Shown: one piece after another, positions 33,995-44,924 of the stretch
Layout of the letters: each line of letters opens with the position of its first letter
Position numbering within the stretch: position 1 is the stretch's first letter
Assembly: GCA_963811105.1 (NCBI GenBank)
Contig: CAWEPZ010000002.1
Location: 576,001-640,000 of the forward strand
Source of the DNA: Candidatus Bathyarchaeota archaeon
Lineage (GTDB): Archaea > Thermoproteota > Bathyarchaeia > Bathyarchaeales > Bathycorpusculaceae
Direction of reading: 5' to 3'
DNA length: 64,000 bases
Notes under the pieces: generated by a model
The model's database searches: none
What the model saw: only the letters and a program-made list of their open reading frames with translations
What the model was told of the DNA's origin: nothing
Translations under genes and position numbers: made by a program

Positions 33995-34183
33995 GTGGGA
34001 AAAGGCACTCCTTCGATGGGCAAGCGCCAAGGGAAAACCGTCCATATTAAGTGCAGGCGTTGCGGAAGACGAGCATATCATGTACGCCATAAGCGTTGTG
34101 GTGCATGCGGTTTCGGCGAAACCACAACTATTAGGCACTATTCTTGGATGCGTAAGACTCTTCAAAGAGTAAGAGTCGTCTAA
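33995..34183 (+). CDS. rpl37e: 50S ribosomal protein L37e
   Basis: [24 protein letters not shown]; usual linkage to Lsm. Confidence 0.96.
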   Translation: MGKGTPSMGKRQGKTVHIKCRRCGRRAYHVRHKRCGACGFGETTTIRHYSWMRKTLQRVRVV

Positions 34184-34337
34184 AAACAATTTAATACTGT
34201 TTTAGTCAAGTTTTTTCTCGTTAAATTTAGAAACGGCAGAACATTTTCTTTCTTTAATTCAAAAAATTCTATAATTTCGTATTTGGTCAGCGTATTTTCG
34301 ATATTTTTCTTAAAAATTGAAAAAGGATTTAGTTGTT

Positions 34338-34952
34338 TTATGTGTTTGTGGTATTGTAGTAGCCTTTGTCTATCTTGACAAAGATCAGTGGACCTTTGCT
34401 TTGCGCCATCTCGCGAGCTTTCCGTAATGCTTCATTTGCTATTGTGAATATTCTATCTCTTTCGCTAAGGTCTTGAACTCGTTTTTCTCCAAGCTCCATC
34501 TTAAGCAAGTTTTCAGATAAAATTTCTGTTCCGCAGATTTCACCGTTCTTTAGCAGCGTAGTTACAATAATCTCGAGGAGCTCCTGCTTACGCTCGATTT
34601 TCTTCCATAGGGGCTCAGCGTTGGCGAGAGTCTTGGAAATTTTGTTCCATCGATTAGCGTTTTGGTCACCTATGAGCAGTTTAACCCGCTCCTTCCATTT
34701 TTTAAACCAAATTCCAATCCAAATGGTTAAAAACTCGTCAAGCTCAGAGGAGTCTTCCTTGAAAATGCTTTCAAGTTTTTCAACCAATTCACATTGGTTT
34801 GCTTCTTTTCCCATCAAGTTCCAATGGAATTTGAGGTAATTTGTGAAGTCTTGGCAAGCAACTTGCAAAACCTTACGGTCCGATCCCATGATGTCTAGAG
34901 CCGGATCTATTTCCTTCAATTTCTCCCCTATCATTAGTTCGACAAAGTTCAT
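34338..34952 (-). CDS. Hypothetical helical protein
   Basis: 204-aa ORF with native-looking composition; no family recognised. Confidence 0.7.
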   Translation of the reverse strand: MNFVELMIGEKLKEIDPALDIMGSDRKVLQVACQDFTNYLKFHWNLMGKEANQCELVEKLESIFKEDSSELDEFLTIWIGIWFKKWKERVKLLIGDQNANRWNKISKTLANAEPLWKKIERKQELLEIIVTTLLKNGEICGTEILSENLLKMELGEKRVQDLSERDRIFTIANEALRKAREMAQSKGPLIFVKIDKGYYNTTNT

Positions 34953-35086
34953 ACTAATTCCCGCTCTGAAGCCTTCTCCAATATTGATTTAAGATCAAGG
35001 GTTTAATTAAACTTTATTTCCTAAGTACATATAATTGGGTAATTCAATTTTTAACAATACTTCAAATATCGATATATCAAAAAGAC

Positions 35087-35743
35087 TTATTCAATAAAGT
35101 TTGGAAGTTCGGTAACATCACGTAGAATCAGATCTGGTCCTTCTTTCAAAAGCTCCTCACACTGAAAAAGCCCCGATAATACAGCTGCCGTTCTTGCGCC
35201 AGCGGCTTTTCCCGCGCGCACATCACTCACAGAGTCTCCAGCAATTACGCAGTCACATATGTCAATATCTAAGGCTTTTACGCATTTTATTAACGCTTCA
35301 GGGGAAGGCTTAGGTTTGGCGGTGTCCAGAGCTGTTACGACATAAGTAAAATAATCAGATATGCCAAAATACTTTAACTCTTCTATGATCGCATTTTTTG
35401 GAGCGTAACGCATCGTTATTAATGCAAGTTTAGCTTTTTGCGATAACGTTTCAAGCGTTATCTGAACGTTGGGTATAAGCTTAGTTTTTTCATGACTGAC
35501 TAGATAGTAAGTTTCAAAATACACCTTTAGAAATTTTTTGCTATCCCCATTGGTAATATCGTTTATTGAAAGACCTTGTTCTAGCCTTCTTGGAATTTCC
35601 AGGACAGTTTGCTTTTCAGGAGGTTTTTGCCCTATGCTTTGGAACGCTATTTTGGCTGCTTCAATATATGCTTCTGAAGAGTCAACTATTGTGCCGTCCA
35701 AGTCCAAGAAAATGCCTTTAACTTTCAAACAGATTTCGTTCAT
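35087..35743 (-). CDS. HAD-superfamily hydrolase (phosphatase-like)
   Basis: DLDGT, KPSP, GDSVSD. Confidence 0.92.
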   Translation of the reverse strand: MNEICLKVKGIFLDLDGTIVDSSEAYIEAAKIAFQSIGQKPPEKQTVLEIPRRLEQGLSINDITNGDSKKFLKVYFETYYLVSHEKTKLIPNVQITLETLSQKAKLALITMRYAPKNAIIEELKYFGISDYFTYVVTALDTAKPKPSPEALIKCVKALDIDICDCVIAGDSVSDVRAGKAAGARTAAVLSGLFQCEELLKEGPDLILRDVTELPNFIE

Positions 35744-35825
35744 GAATCATCTGTAGCTCTTGAATGGGGACTCAATGTTTCTTAAATGTTTCTTACCTGT
35801 TCGATGAATCAATCTGATGTATAGT

Positions 35826-35837
35826 GTCTATATAGAT
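35826..35837. promoter_or_regulatory. Palindromic motif shared with the pstS promoter region
   Basis: GTCTATATAGAT is the reverse complement of ATCTATATAGAC at 39437-39448. Confidence 0.4.
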
Positions 35838-35908
35838 TGTATAGGGAATCTCTATAGGCGTGCATGATGCCTTCATCCTTGAACAAGAGTAGAGGTGAAA
35901 AAAAAAGA

Positions 35909-36082
35909 ATGATCTCACGAGATTGCGACGGTTGCTCCATGCTTAAAGCATGCTGCACACGCTACAAAAAAGCTGTAAAAGGCGACAAAGTCTACTGCCC
36001 CGACGGCACAGCCCACCTAATCGACAAATACAGCATAAATCAAAGCTCAGAAATAATTTGTTTCTTTGAAGCGTTTCAATGA
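35909..36082 (+). CDS. Small Cys-rich protein
   Basis: GAGGTGA SD; CDGC...CC...YCPDGTAH. Confidence 0.6.
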   Translation: MISRDCDGCSMLKACCTRYKKAVKGDKVYCPDGTAHLIDKYSINQSSEIICFFEAFQ

Positions 36083-36592
36083 TTAAACTAACTTGATCCA
36101 ATAGCGCTCTCAATGGGCGAGCTGCAGCTAAAATTATACCACCATTTTTTCAAATTTCTCCAGCGGTAACCAATTCTAGAGATTATGATTCAATTGAAGC
36201 TGATTTTCTATATATTATATGCTATCGATGACGTGCTTTGTATTCTATAAGAACGACTAATACTCCGTTTATCTCTAAACGTAAAACCGAGTGGAGATAA
36301 AACGGTGTTAACAGATAATTATGGAGATTCTGTGTGGGGAAATCAAGAAGCAGGAATTATATTTGGAAAGGGCGGAAAAAACATTTCACTCATTATTGAA
36401 AATGTTGGCATAAAAAAATTTGGCTTTCTTGAATCCCTTCAAGGAATAATTGTTGAGCAAACTAATATCGAAGCCTGTCTCGATAAGATAATAGCCTTAA
36501 TCCTAAAATAGGATTTAGGAAATATGATTTTCCAAATTACATTATAGGAAATATGGCAACTCAACAAGTTTATTTGAATAAATCGAGCGCAC

Positions 36593-37063
36593 CTATGCAA
36601 AGTAGAGTGCGACTACGCTGTCGCCTAGAATTGAGGTTTTCAGCGAGTTTACTTGTTTTCCGAGATTGGGTAGCTGTCCTTTGCTGACGAAATTCTGGTA
36701 AAGAGCAACCGCTTCATCATTTGTCAAGTTGTCTTGGAATCCTACAACGTAGTAGTTGTCAAGTTGCGCGTGAGGATATTTATCGTTAAGAACTCTCTTG
36801 CAATACGATTCAACGTTTGATGGGGGGCTATTTGACCCTATTCTAAATACGACCACTGAAATCCGGCTGTACTGTTCACTGGTTGAAACAGCGACGGCAG
36901 TTTCGTCGTATTGGCCTCCGTATATGTCTGCTTGTGGAAATTCTGATCCACATCGAGAACACGTTCCAACTCCGGCTACTCTCGTTATGGAGTCGCCTGG
37001 CATCCAGGCTATTCCTAGGCTTGCTTTTACTAAAAGTTCTCCACATTTGGGGCATTTCCACAA
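36593..37063 (-). CDS. Zn-ribbon domain protein (possibly the 3' part of the upstream HEAT gene)
   Basis: CPKCG...CSRCG. Confidence 0.6.
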   Translation of the reverse strand: MWKCPKCGELLVKASLGIAWMPGDSITRVAGVGTCSRCGSEFPQADIYGGQYDETAVAVSTSEQYSRISVVVFRIGSNSPPSNVESYCKRVLNDKYPHAQLDNYYVVGFQDNLTNDEAVALYQNFVSKGQLPNLGKQVNSLKTSILGDSVVALYFA

Positions 37064-37133
37064 TCGGCAACCGCTAACGATTGAGGATCTTGATTCGCCT
37101 TTTTTCCAATAATGAGGCTGATCTTCTTGGATG

Positions 37134-37475
37134 CTAGTCTTTCTTTAGTTGTTCCCTTTTTAGAGCCACTTCATTTTCTGCCTGTACTTTCTCAAAGATT
37201 TGTTTTCTGTAATTTCTCAATGCTTCCCATGATATTGGGGTGTTGATTGCGAACAATGCATTAAGAGCGTGATCCTTTACTGTTGGATCCGGGTCTTCTA
37301 AAGCAAGAGTAAGATCCTCAACTGCCCGATTATCTCCAATTTGTCCTAGAGCTTCCGCAGCGTTTGCCCGAATTTCAGGGCTTTTCGTATATTTGAGAGC
37401 TTTAATCAAGCCCTTAACATCGCTTTTGGCCTTGAGCTTTTCAGTTTCGGTTTTTCTTGAACCAAATAATGGCAA
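37134..37475 (-). CDS. HEAT-repeat (PBS lyase-like) protein
   Basis: DVKGLIKAL, RANAAEALGQIGD...LEDPD. Confidence 0.8.
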   Translation of the reverse strand: MPLFGSRKTETEKLKAKSDVKGLIKALKYTKSPEIRANAAEALGQIGDNRAVEDLTLALEDPDPTVKDHALNALFAINTPISWEALRNYRKQIFEKVQAENEVALKREQLKKD

Positions 37476-37704
37476 AAATTTCGCCTTTTATGAATCATTA
37501 AATAGTGTTAGTTTAAAAGTTTTTGGGAACGCTTAAAACCGCGTGCTGCCTTGTCTCAAAATTAACAAATGGTTCATTTAATCGGTATCAGCTTTGTGTT
37601 CTGATTGCCAACGGGTTTCTTGTAGATCTGCCTTTATTTGAGGAAGGTCAATTTTGCTTAAGTTCAAAATGTCAATGATGATGTCAGGAGGAAGAAGGAA
37701 CCAG

Positions 37705-38022
37705 TTAGTTTCCAAAGAATTCAGGATAAGCCGCCATTAGTCTTGCTGTATCTTGACCGTCAATGATTCCAAAGAAAATCTTTCTACCCTCAGCAAACGA
37801 CTTGGCGGTTGCAAATATTTTCATTAGTTCAACCACGGTTTCATCGATTTCGTTCCAATATTCCACCAAAAAGACCTCTGCTGGCGCTCGAAACAATCTT
37901 TGTATCTGGTCGCCATTCGTCCCCATTTTCTTAGGAGTAAGGATGCCTTTTGTAGTTTGACCATTCAAAGCGATTGCGACGGATTTTCGTTCGTTGTTAA
38001 TGACCAATCGGGTTGAAAACAA
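37705..38022 (-). CDS. Hypothetical protein
   Basis: 105-aa ORF; no family recognised. Confidence 0.45.
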   Translation of the reverse strand: MFSTRLVINNERKSVAIALNGQTTKGILTPKKMGTNGDQIQRLFRAPAEVFLVEYWNEIDETVVELMKIFATAKSFAEGRKIFFGIIDGQDTARLMAAYPEFFGN

Positions 38023-38338
38023 ATCGTCCGTCTTTCCACCCCAATCTTGAAAAGCACAACGCAGGTATGAGTCAAAATTTTCATAAAATTATTTAGGAGC
38101 GTTGTTTTTAGCTTTAGCATACAATTAAAAAAAACCATGTGTCCATAAATAACATACAACTTCTTTCTCCTGTTTTAACGGACCCTATTTTCGTCATAGC
38201 CGATTGCGTTGCTTCGTAGGATAGACTGTTTTTGAGTTATTCTTCCACATTGTAAACAGTAGATGCAAGTTTGTATGTTGGTTATGGACATATGGAAAAA
38301 AAATAGATGCGTGATTTATTAAAAAATTGAATAAAAAC

Positions 38339-39424
38339 CTAGCTCAAAACTGATTCAAAGTTTAAGTTAAGCACAACTTCAGAAATGTCACTTGCATATT
38401 CCGCTGTTCGCCTAACACTTTCAATTAATAATCGCAAGTTAACTATTTCTTCAATCTTAGCATTTTGCAATGAGAGAACAGTTTCTTTCTCCAATTTGTG
38501 GACTTGACTAAGCTTTTCAATAACACTTTCGGCTTGGTTAAAGTCATGCCTAAATAACGCATCCATGGCGCTCTCAAACATTGAATTAGCCAAGGTGCTT
38601 AGCTGATCGATTTTTTCCAAAAGCTCCTCATTTACTTGATCATTTAGCAAAAGGGTGTTTTCGGCGATTTTGGTCGCGTGATCTGCGGTTCTTTCAACAG
38701 CTTTCGCTATGAGCCTATAGCCTAAGCAGTCTTTCTGGTTGTTTAATCCGATTTCTTTAACGATTCTTGGGTTTGAAACCGCCAATTTTAGAAGCCTTAC
38801 AATGTAGAGGCCAAATCGGTTTACTTCCCGATCGGTTTCAATTACTGATTTTGAAGTGGGGTAATCCAATCTTTTTAATGCCCCTATGGCTTCTTTGTGC
38901 ATAGATGAGGCTATAATCGACATTCGACTAAGGGCATTTTGAACTGTGAGTTCTGGATAATTTAGTAAGACTTGAAGAGTCAAGTCTATTGGGGTGTCAA
39001 TTACGATTTCTGTTCCAACCAGATAGTGTCTGGCAAAGGTTTTGAGGTGGTTTCTAAGTTTGGAGGAGAGCACTTTTTGTCCTTGCGCTCGGATGTGCAG
39101 AATGTTGTAGCCGTCTAAATAAGCGGAGATTGCTGTTCTCATGACAGCGTCTGGATTGTCGTTTAATGATGCTTTGATGAAGGCTTCATCTTGCTTTTCT
39201 TTTCTTGCAAACTTTGAAGGTGATATTGAGAGTGATCCGTCGTCTTCTTGGCGGACTATCATTGAGCTTCCTTTCTTCAGCTCGTTTCGAGTGGCCCAAT
39301 CTTTGGGTAAGGAGATTATGAATGTTGATCCGCCTGTTACCTGAAGTTTGCGTTGCTCTTCGTTTATTTTTTCGGTTTCTTTGGTCACGTTTGACTCCAA
39401 GTTACTTTTTCTATGATGGCTCAT
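38339..39424 (-). CDS. AbrB-PhoU phosphate uptake regulator
   Basis: RKLQVTGGSTFIISLPKDW N-terminus; two PhoU domains (ERTADH, RRTAEY); divergent from pstS. Confidence 0.92.
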   Translation of the reverse strand: MSHHRKSNLESNVTKETEKINEEQRKLQVTGGSTFIISLPKDWATRNELKKGSSMIVRQEDDGSLSISPSKFARKEKQDEAFIKASLNDNPDAVMRTAISAYLDGYNILHIRAQGQKVLSSKLRNHLKTFARHYLVGTEIVIDTPIDLTLQVLLNYPELTVQNALSRMSIIASSMHKEAIGALKRLDYPTSKSVIETDREVNRFGLYIVRLLKLAVSNPRIVKEIGLNNQKDCLGYRLIAKAVERTADHATKIAENTLLLNDQVNEELLEKIDQLSTLANSMFESAMDALFRHDFNQAESVIEKLSQVHKLEKETVLSLQNAKIEEIVNLRLLIESVRRTAEYASDISEVVLNLNFESVLS

Positions 39425-39436
39425 TATATTAGGTAT

Positions 39437-39448
39437 ATCTATATAGAC
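39437..39448. promoter_or_regulatory. Palindrome in the regulator/pstS divergent promoter
   Basis: TCTATATAGA perfect palindrome. Confidence 0.45.
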
Positions 39449-39518
39449 TATAAATTTTATGGAGATTCACTATATAAAAAACATGGCTTTAAAGAGTACA
39501 TAAAATGAAGGAAGAAAT

Positions 39519-40625
39519 ATGAAAACTACATATTTAATTATTGTCGCAATCGTCATCATAGCTATTATCATAGGCGGAGCTTTTGCCTACATTTCATTGC
39601 AGTCACCGCCAGCAACTTCGGTTCAATTAAATGGTGCTGGTGCAACTTTTCCCCAGCCATTCCTTAATGCTACAATCATTGCATATCAATCAATAAGACC
39701 CAATGTGGAAATTAACTACCAACCAGTCGGCAGCGGAGCAGGAATAAATGCGCTTACAGCAAAAACAGTTGACTTTGCAGCTTCAGATGCTCCCTTAAGC
39801 AGTAACCAAACAGCCACTTTAACCAGTCCCACGGTTCATATTCCAGAAACAATTGGTGCCGTTACATTAGCTTACAATCTACCTGGGATTTCGGGAGGTC
39901 TTCACCTGTCAGGTGATGTTATTTCTAAGATCTTTCTTGGAACAGTAACTAAGTGGAATGACCCCGCAATAGTGGCGCTTAACATAGACACTATACTTCC
40001 AGACCAAGCAATAACAACTGTTCACCGCTCTGATAGTTCTGGAACAACCAACGTCTTCACCAAATACCTAGCCGACGTAAGCTCTACATGGAAAAGTGAA
40101 ATAGGATCTGGGACATCAGTTCAGTGGCCAGGTGGGCAAGGTCAAAGCGGAAATTCAGCCGTTGCATCTACTGTTGCCTCAACACAGTACGCTATAGGCT
40201 ACGTTGAACTTACGTACGCGCTACAAAACAAAATGGCAGTTGCCTCGATTCAGAATATAGCAGGAAACTTCATAGCCCCATCACTTGCTTCAACCAATAC
40301 AGCAGTTCAATCTGGAGCTTCTCAAGGTTTGCCATCAGGTGATCAATCATGGACTTCTGTAAGTCTCCTAAACACTAACGACCCACAAGCATACCCAATC
40401 GTATCTTTTACATACCTGTTAGAGTACAAAGAACTTGACGTTATTCCAGGCATGACCCAAGATAAGGCAACAGCAATCGTGCAGTACATGTGGTATGTTG
40501 TCCATGAGGGACAAAACTTAGGACCCAGCCTTTCATATGCACAGCTCCCAGCAAACGTAGTATCCATCGATGAAACCACAATCAAGTCGATAACATTCAA
40601 CGGACAAACATTGCAAGAGAGCTAA
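39519..40625 (+). CDS. pstS: Phosphate ABC transporter substrate-binding protein
   Basis: GAGATFP, GSGAG, DFAASD, RSDSSGTT, IGYVE. Confidence 0.96.
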   Translation: MKTTYLIIVAIVIIAIIIGGAFAYISLQSPPATSVQLNGAGATFPQPFLNATIIAYQSIRPNVEINYQPVGSGAGINALTAKTVDFAASDAPLSSNQTATLTSPTVHIPETIGAVTLAYNLPGISGGLHLSGDVISKIFLGTVTKWNDPAIVALNIDTILPDQAITTVHRSDSSGTTNVFTKYLADVSSTWKSEIGSGTSVQWPGGQGQSGNSAVASTVASTQYAIGYVELTYALQNKMAVASIQNIAGNFIAPSLASTNTAVQSGASQGLPSGDQSWTSVSLLNTNDPQAYPIVSFTYLLEYKELDVIPGMTQDKATAIVQYMWYVVHEGQNLGPSLSYAQLPANVVSIDETTIKSITFNGQTLQES

Positions 40626-40703
40626 TCAAAATGCAGCGATGAGCAGCCTTATTCCTTTTTTTGTTAAAAACTTATTGAAAATCTTTGATGAGCAGATCCA
40701 AAA

Positions 40704-41645
40704 ATGACGAGGAAAATAACAGGCGACAATGTCTTCAAAATATTAATTGCCATAATTGCAGCTTCAGCTCTTGTCATCCTCACTGCCAACACCTATGTTC
40801 TAGCCAGCGGATCGACACTTGTATTGAACAAGTTTGGTGTTGGTTTCTTAACAAATACACAGTGGAATTCTGTCGAAGGAAGAGAAGCTTTCGGCTTGTT
40901 ACCTTATATTCTCGGAACTTTAGTCACCTCAGGAATCGCGCTTCTTATTGGAGTGCCATTAAGCTTAGGTATTGCAATTTTTCTTGCAGAGATGTCGCCA
41001 AAAAAAATCGGGGTACCGCTGTCATATCTTGTTGAGCTTTTAGCTGCCGTACCAAGCGTTATTTACGGGCTTTGGGGACTATTTGTTCTCCGTTTTTGGA
41101 TACAAGACTATATTGAACTCCCTATAAACAAGTTATTTGGGTGGATTCCAATTTTTAGCGGAACTCCTTTTGGGTCAGACATCTTTACTGCAGGAATAAT
41201 TTTGTCAATTATGATTATTCCAACAGTAGCTTCAATTTCTCGAGAAGTTATCAGTGCTGTTCCCAATTCTATCCGTGAAGGCGCCTACAGCATCGGAGCA
41301 ACAAAATGGGAAGTAATCCGTCACTGGGTCCTCAACTACGGTCGGTCAGGAATCTTCGGCGCAATTATCCTGGGGCTGGGAAGAGCAATAGGTGAAACTA
41401 TGGCAGTTACCATGGTTATTGGCAATGCCATTGGCCCAAATGCAATGCCTACCTCGCTTTTTAAACCTGGGCAAACGTTGCCTTCCTTAATAGCCAACGG
41501 TTTCATTGAATCGCCCACGCCTATTGAAAAATCAGCTTACGCGGGTGCGGCTTTGATTCTGCTTATCATAAGCATCATTATCAGCATATTGGCTTACCTC
41601 ATGGTTAACCGTGTATTGAAAGTTAAAGGAGGCGCCATAGAATAA
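40704..41645 (+). CDS. pstC: Phosphate ABC transporter permease
   Basis: ELLAAVPSVIYGLWG, GRAIGETMAV. Confidence 0.95.
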   Translation: MTRKITGDNVFKILIAIIAASALVILTANTYVLASGSTLVLNKFGVGFLTNTQWNSVEGREAFGLLPYILGTLVTSGIALLIGVPLSLGIAIFLAEMSPKKIGVPLSYLVELLAAVPSVIYGLWGLFVLRFWIQDYIELPINKLFGWIPIFSGTPFGSDIFTAGIILSIMIIPTVASISREVISAVPNSIREGAYSIGATKWEVIRHWVLNYGRSGIFGAIILGLGRAIGETMAVTMVIGNAIGPNAMPTSLFKPGQTLPSLIANGFIESPTPIEKSAYAGAALILLIISIIISILAYLMVNRVLKVKGGAIE

Positions 41646-42487
41646 TCCGTAAAATAACAGCTGGCAGTTATGGTTTCCGCAAATTTAAAAACAAACTATT
41701 CTTTGTTCTCTGCCTCATATGCGTGATCATCGCAATTATTCCATTGTTAAGCATATTATTCGAAGTCATTGCAAAGGGTGCTTCACAAATAAATCTTCAT
41801 TTCCTAACTTCAAATGGGTTGAAAGGCGGCATCGGGCCCTCGATACAGGGCACACTTATAATGATTGGTTTAACCAGCTTAATCGGAATACCTATAGGCA
41901 TTCTTTCAGGAGTATACTTGGCAGAGTTCGGAAACAACAAATACGCTTCAACAATAAGGGTCACTAATAATGTACTCACACAGTTTCCTTCAATAGTAAT
42001 TGGTATCACCGCATTTGGAATAATAATAATATATGTTACAGGAAGCTACTCGCCGCTTGCAGGCGCCGTAGCGCTTTCTTTCATGTTAATTCCAATAGTT
42101 GCAAGAACAACTGAGGAATCGCTAAAACTTGTGCCAAACTCCGTCCGCGAAGCGTCGTTGGCTTTGGGGGTACATAAGTGGAGAACAACCATTAGCGTGG
42201 TTTTGCCAGCAGCTGGCAGTGGGTTAATCACTGGGACTCTTCTAGCAGTTGCCAGAATTGCAGGAGAAACTGCGCCTTTACTTTTTACAATTTTAGGCAA
42301 TAGCTTCTTCTTTCAAGGTTTAAATCAGCCGATGGATGCGCTTCCACTTAGAATTTTTCTTGATTCACGACAGTCTTCCCCAGAGATACAGGCTCAAGCT
42401 TGGGGCGCAGCATTAGTGTTGATTTTAATAGTTTTAGCGCTTAACGTAGGCGTCAGATTAGCCAGCAGAGGTAAATTGGCAAGGTGA
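41642..42487 (+). CDS. pstA: Phosphate ABC transporter permease
   Basis: PSIVIG, ARIAGETAPL; the N-terminal RKFKNK plus TM1 lies upstream of the ORF-track GTG; apparent ATA start overlapping the pstC TAA. Confidence 0.93.
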   Translation: MIRKITAGSYGFRKFKNKLFFVLCLICVIIAIIPLLSILFEVIAKGASQINLHFLTSNGLKGGIGPSIQGTLIMIGLTSLIGIPIGILSGVYLAEFGNNKYASTIRVTNNVLTQFPSIVIGITAFGIIIIYVTGSYSPLAGAVALSFMLIPIVARTTEESLKLVPNSVREASLALGVHKWRTTISVVLPAAGSGLITGTLLAVARIAGETAPLLFTILGNSFFFQGLNQPMDALPLRIFLDSRQSSPEIQAQAWGAALVLILIVLALNVGVRLASRGKLAR

Positions 42488-42493
42488 AAGTAA

Positions 42494-43258
42494 ATGAGTG
42501 ACAGCACTAAAATGCAAAGTATTGGATTAAACGCTTGGTTTGGAACAAAACATGTTCTTAAAGAGATCAGCCTATCGGTCAAGGCAAATGCAATTACAGC
42601 TATAATTGGTCCATCCGGCTGTGGAAAATCAACTTATATCCGCACCTTGAACAGAATGCATGAGTTGGTACCGAACGCCAAAAGATCTGGACAGGTACTT
42701 CTTGATGGTCAAGATATTTATGCTGCAGACGTAGACCCCGTGATGGTCAGGCGTCGTGTAGGAATGGTTTTCCAGAAACCTAACCCTTTTCCCACAATGT
42801 CAATATATGACAATGTAGCGGCTGGACTGAAGTTAACTGGAGCCAGAAAAGGACAGAATCTAGATGAAATTGTGAAACGAAGCCTGGAACAAGCAACTCT
42901 TTGGGAAGAAGTCAAAGATGACCTAAAAAAGCCGGGAACAAGCATTTCAGGTGGACAACAGCAAAGGTTGTGTATTGCTCGGGCTATAGCTTTGCAACCC
43001 GAAGTTATTTTAATGGATGAGCCATGTTCAGCCTTGGATCCAATCGCTACGGCTAAAATTGAGCGATTAGTAGTTGAGCTTAAGCGGGATTACACCGTTA
43101 TTATTGTGACGCATAATATGCAACAAGCTTCAAGAGTGTCAGATTACACAGCGTTTTTCTATTTAGGGGCGCTTGTTGAGTTTGGGGAAACCAATGATAT
43201 TTTTGAGTCTCCAAAGAACCCATTAACTGAAAAATATATAACTGGAGAATTCGGATAA
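42494..43258 (+). CDS. pstB: Phosphate ABC transporter ATPase
   Basis: [31 protein letters not shown]. Confidence 0.97.
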   Translation: MSDSTKMQSIGLNAWFGTKHVLKEISLSVKANAITAIIGPSGCGKSTYIRTLNRMHELVPNAKRSGQVLLDGQDIYAADVDPVMVRRRVGMVFQKPNPFPTMSIYDNVAAGLKLTGARKGQNLDEIVKRSLEQATLWEEVKDDLKKPGTSISGGQQQRLCIARAIALQPEVILMDEPCSALDPIATAKIERLVVELKRDYTVIIVTHNMQQASRVSDYTAFFYLGALVEFGETNDIFESPKNPLTEKYITGEFG

Positions 43259-43271
43259 ACGAGGAATAATT

Positions 43272-43916
43272 ATGAGCAGAATAATAGACAACGGACTAGA
43301 AGAACAATCGGTGCTGATAACTCGCATGGCTGAATTAACCTACGAAACGCTGGCTTTGTCCATACAAGGGTACCTTAGAGGAAAAAGCGTTCAAGAAGAC
43401 GTAAGGGAAATGTCAGACATGCTTGTTGCAATGTCAGATAAACTTGAAGATAAATCCTTCGAATTAATCGCTCGCTTCCAACCAGTCGCCTCAGATCTTA
43501 GAACCATAAAATCTTACATGAAAATAGGCAATGACTTTGCAAGATACGGCAGATACGCCCTTGATATATCATACGTTAACGACGAGGTAAACGGCTTAAA
43601 AGAATGTGACTCTTGGGTAAAAGGCCACATTGAGGAAATGAGCCAAAAAGTTCTCCTAATGGTAAGAATAAGCATTGACTCTTTAAGAAAACATGATGTA
43701 ACTCTCGCGAAAACAATCTCAAAAACCGAACGCCAGGTCGACAAAATGTACCTCGACTACCTCGAGAAACTGATTCATGGTGAGCAAACCAACAACAAAT
43801 GCGTAATTTCCAGTGTCTTGATGACACGATATTTAGAGCGAATAGGAGATCACGCTGCTTACGTTTGCGAATCAATCGTGTACATAGTGACGGGCGAAAA
43901 AATAACCCTAAGATAG
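43272..43916 (+). CDS. phoU: Phosphate signalling protein PhoU
   Basis: QPVASDLR, LERIGDHA. Confidence 0.93.
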   Translation: MSRIIDNGLEEQSVLITRMAELTYETLALSIQGYLRGKSVQEDVREMSDMLVAMSDKLEDKSFELIARFQPVASDLRTIKSYMKIGNDFARYGRYALDISYVNDEVNGLKECDSWVKGHIEEMSQKVLLMVRISIDSLRKHDVTLAKTISKTERQVDKMYLDYLEKLIHGEQTNNKCVISSVLMTRYLERIGDHAAYVCESIVYIVTGEKITLR

Positions 43917-44212
43917 TTTTTTCTAATCTCTCCGCTGTAGATTTCCGGCTGAGTTTTTTTCATTTCTTGCCTTCGGGTTCAAATTGATTTTTTATTTGCG
44001 TCGCTTTCTAAGAAGAAATTTCTTCTTACCAAGAAATGCAACAATCAGAAGTTTGCGCATTGCTGTTTTTCAATATATGTCAATATTGTTTCATGGCCCG
44101 AGGGTTCTTCGTGCCTTTTTTTTGTCAAGAAATGAGGTTAGTCAGATCCCCTATTATTAATATTGTTTTTCCTGCAAAAATGGCGTAACCTTCAAAAGGG
44201 ACAGTTCAGCCA

Positions 44213-44863
44213 ATGATAAGAATAATGGTACCTCTTCTGAATGTTAATTGGCAAAGTCTTCCAGCCGACTATTCCCTGAGCGAACGCGATGCTGACGTGT
44301 TGGCGCTTATAGAAAAAGAAGACTTAGCTATATTCACGTTCGATGGGTTAAAAAGACGCACAGGACTCCATCCAGAAACTCTTTCTCGCATTCTTATTCG
44401 ACTAGAAGAAGAAGGGGTTATAAAAAAAGGACCTGAAGGCTACAGGGTTACTCCAAAAATAACTGAACTGAAACTTCGCCAGCCAAACCAGGAGGAGGCA
44501 ACAACTCCGCTTATTCAGACTTTCCTTCCGTCTGACCTCTTGACGCAACAGCTTATATTATCACTTAAAGGTAAATGGTTCGGTGTTCTCCGTTGGTTAG
44601 GCATATCAGAAAATAATCAAGGCGTAACCATGAAGTGGATCACAGAAGACGGAGGAATCCAAATAGCCGCAAACATTCAAGGAACAGCGCTAAACATAGA
44701 AGCCAAATTCCTGACGAATAATAACTTAAATTTGGCGCTGAAGGCTTCATATCAGCTTATGGCAACCATAGGTAAGCTCTGCCAAGCCTCAAGCTTAACT
44801 AAACGTGGCTTAGCCAGAAATGTCGCTTATTATGGCGAATCACCTTTTATGATGCCGACTTAA
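44213..44863 (+). CDS. Winged-helix domain protein
   Basis: FTFDGLKRRTGLHPETLSRILIRLEEEG. Confidence 0.8.
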   Translation: MIRIMVPLLNVNWQSLPADYSLSERDADVLALIEKEDLAIFTFDGLKRRTGLHPETLSRILIRLEEEGVIKKGPEGYRVTPKITELKLRQPNQEEATTPLIQTFLPSDLLTQQLILSLKGKWFGVLRWLGISENNQGVTMKWITEDGGIQIAANIQGTALNIEAKFLTNNNLNLALKASYQLMATIGKLCQASSLTKRGLARNVAYYGESPFMMPT

Positions 44864-44924
44864 TTTTTTGTGACTAGCTTTGGCTATTCCTTAGTCAACA
44901 AATACCTTTTTAACGTATACTCTT

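Noticed and set aside
36095-36511. Short plus-strand frames including a 68-aa ORF
   Set aside because: AT-rich, interrupted and without motifs; cannot be distinguished from noise
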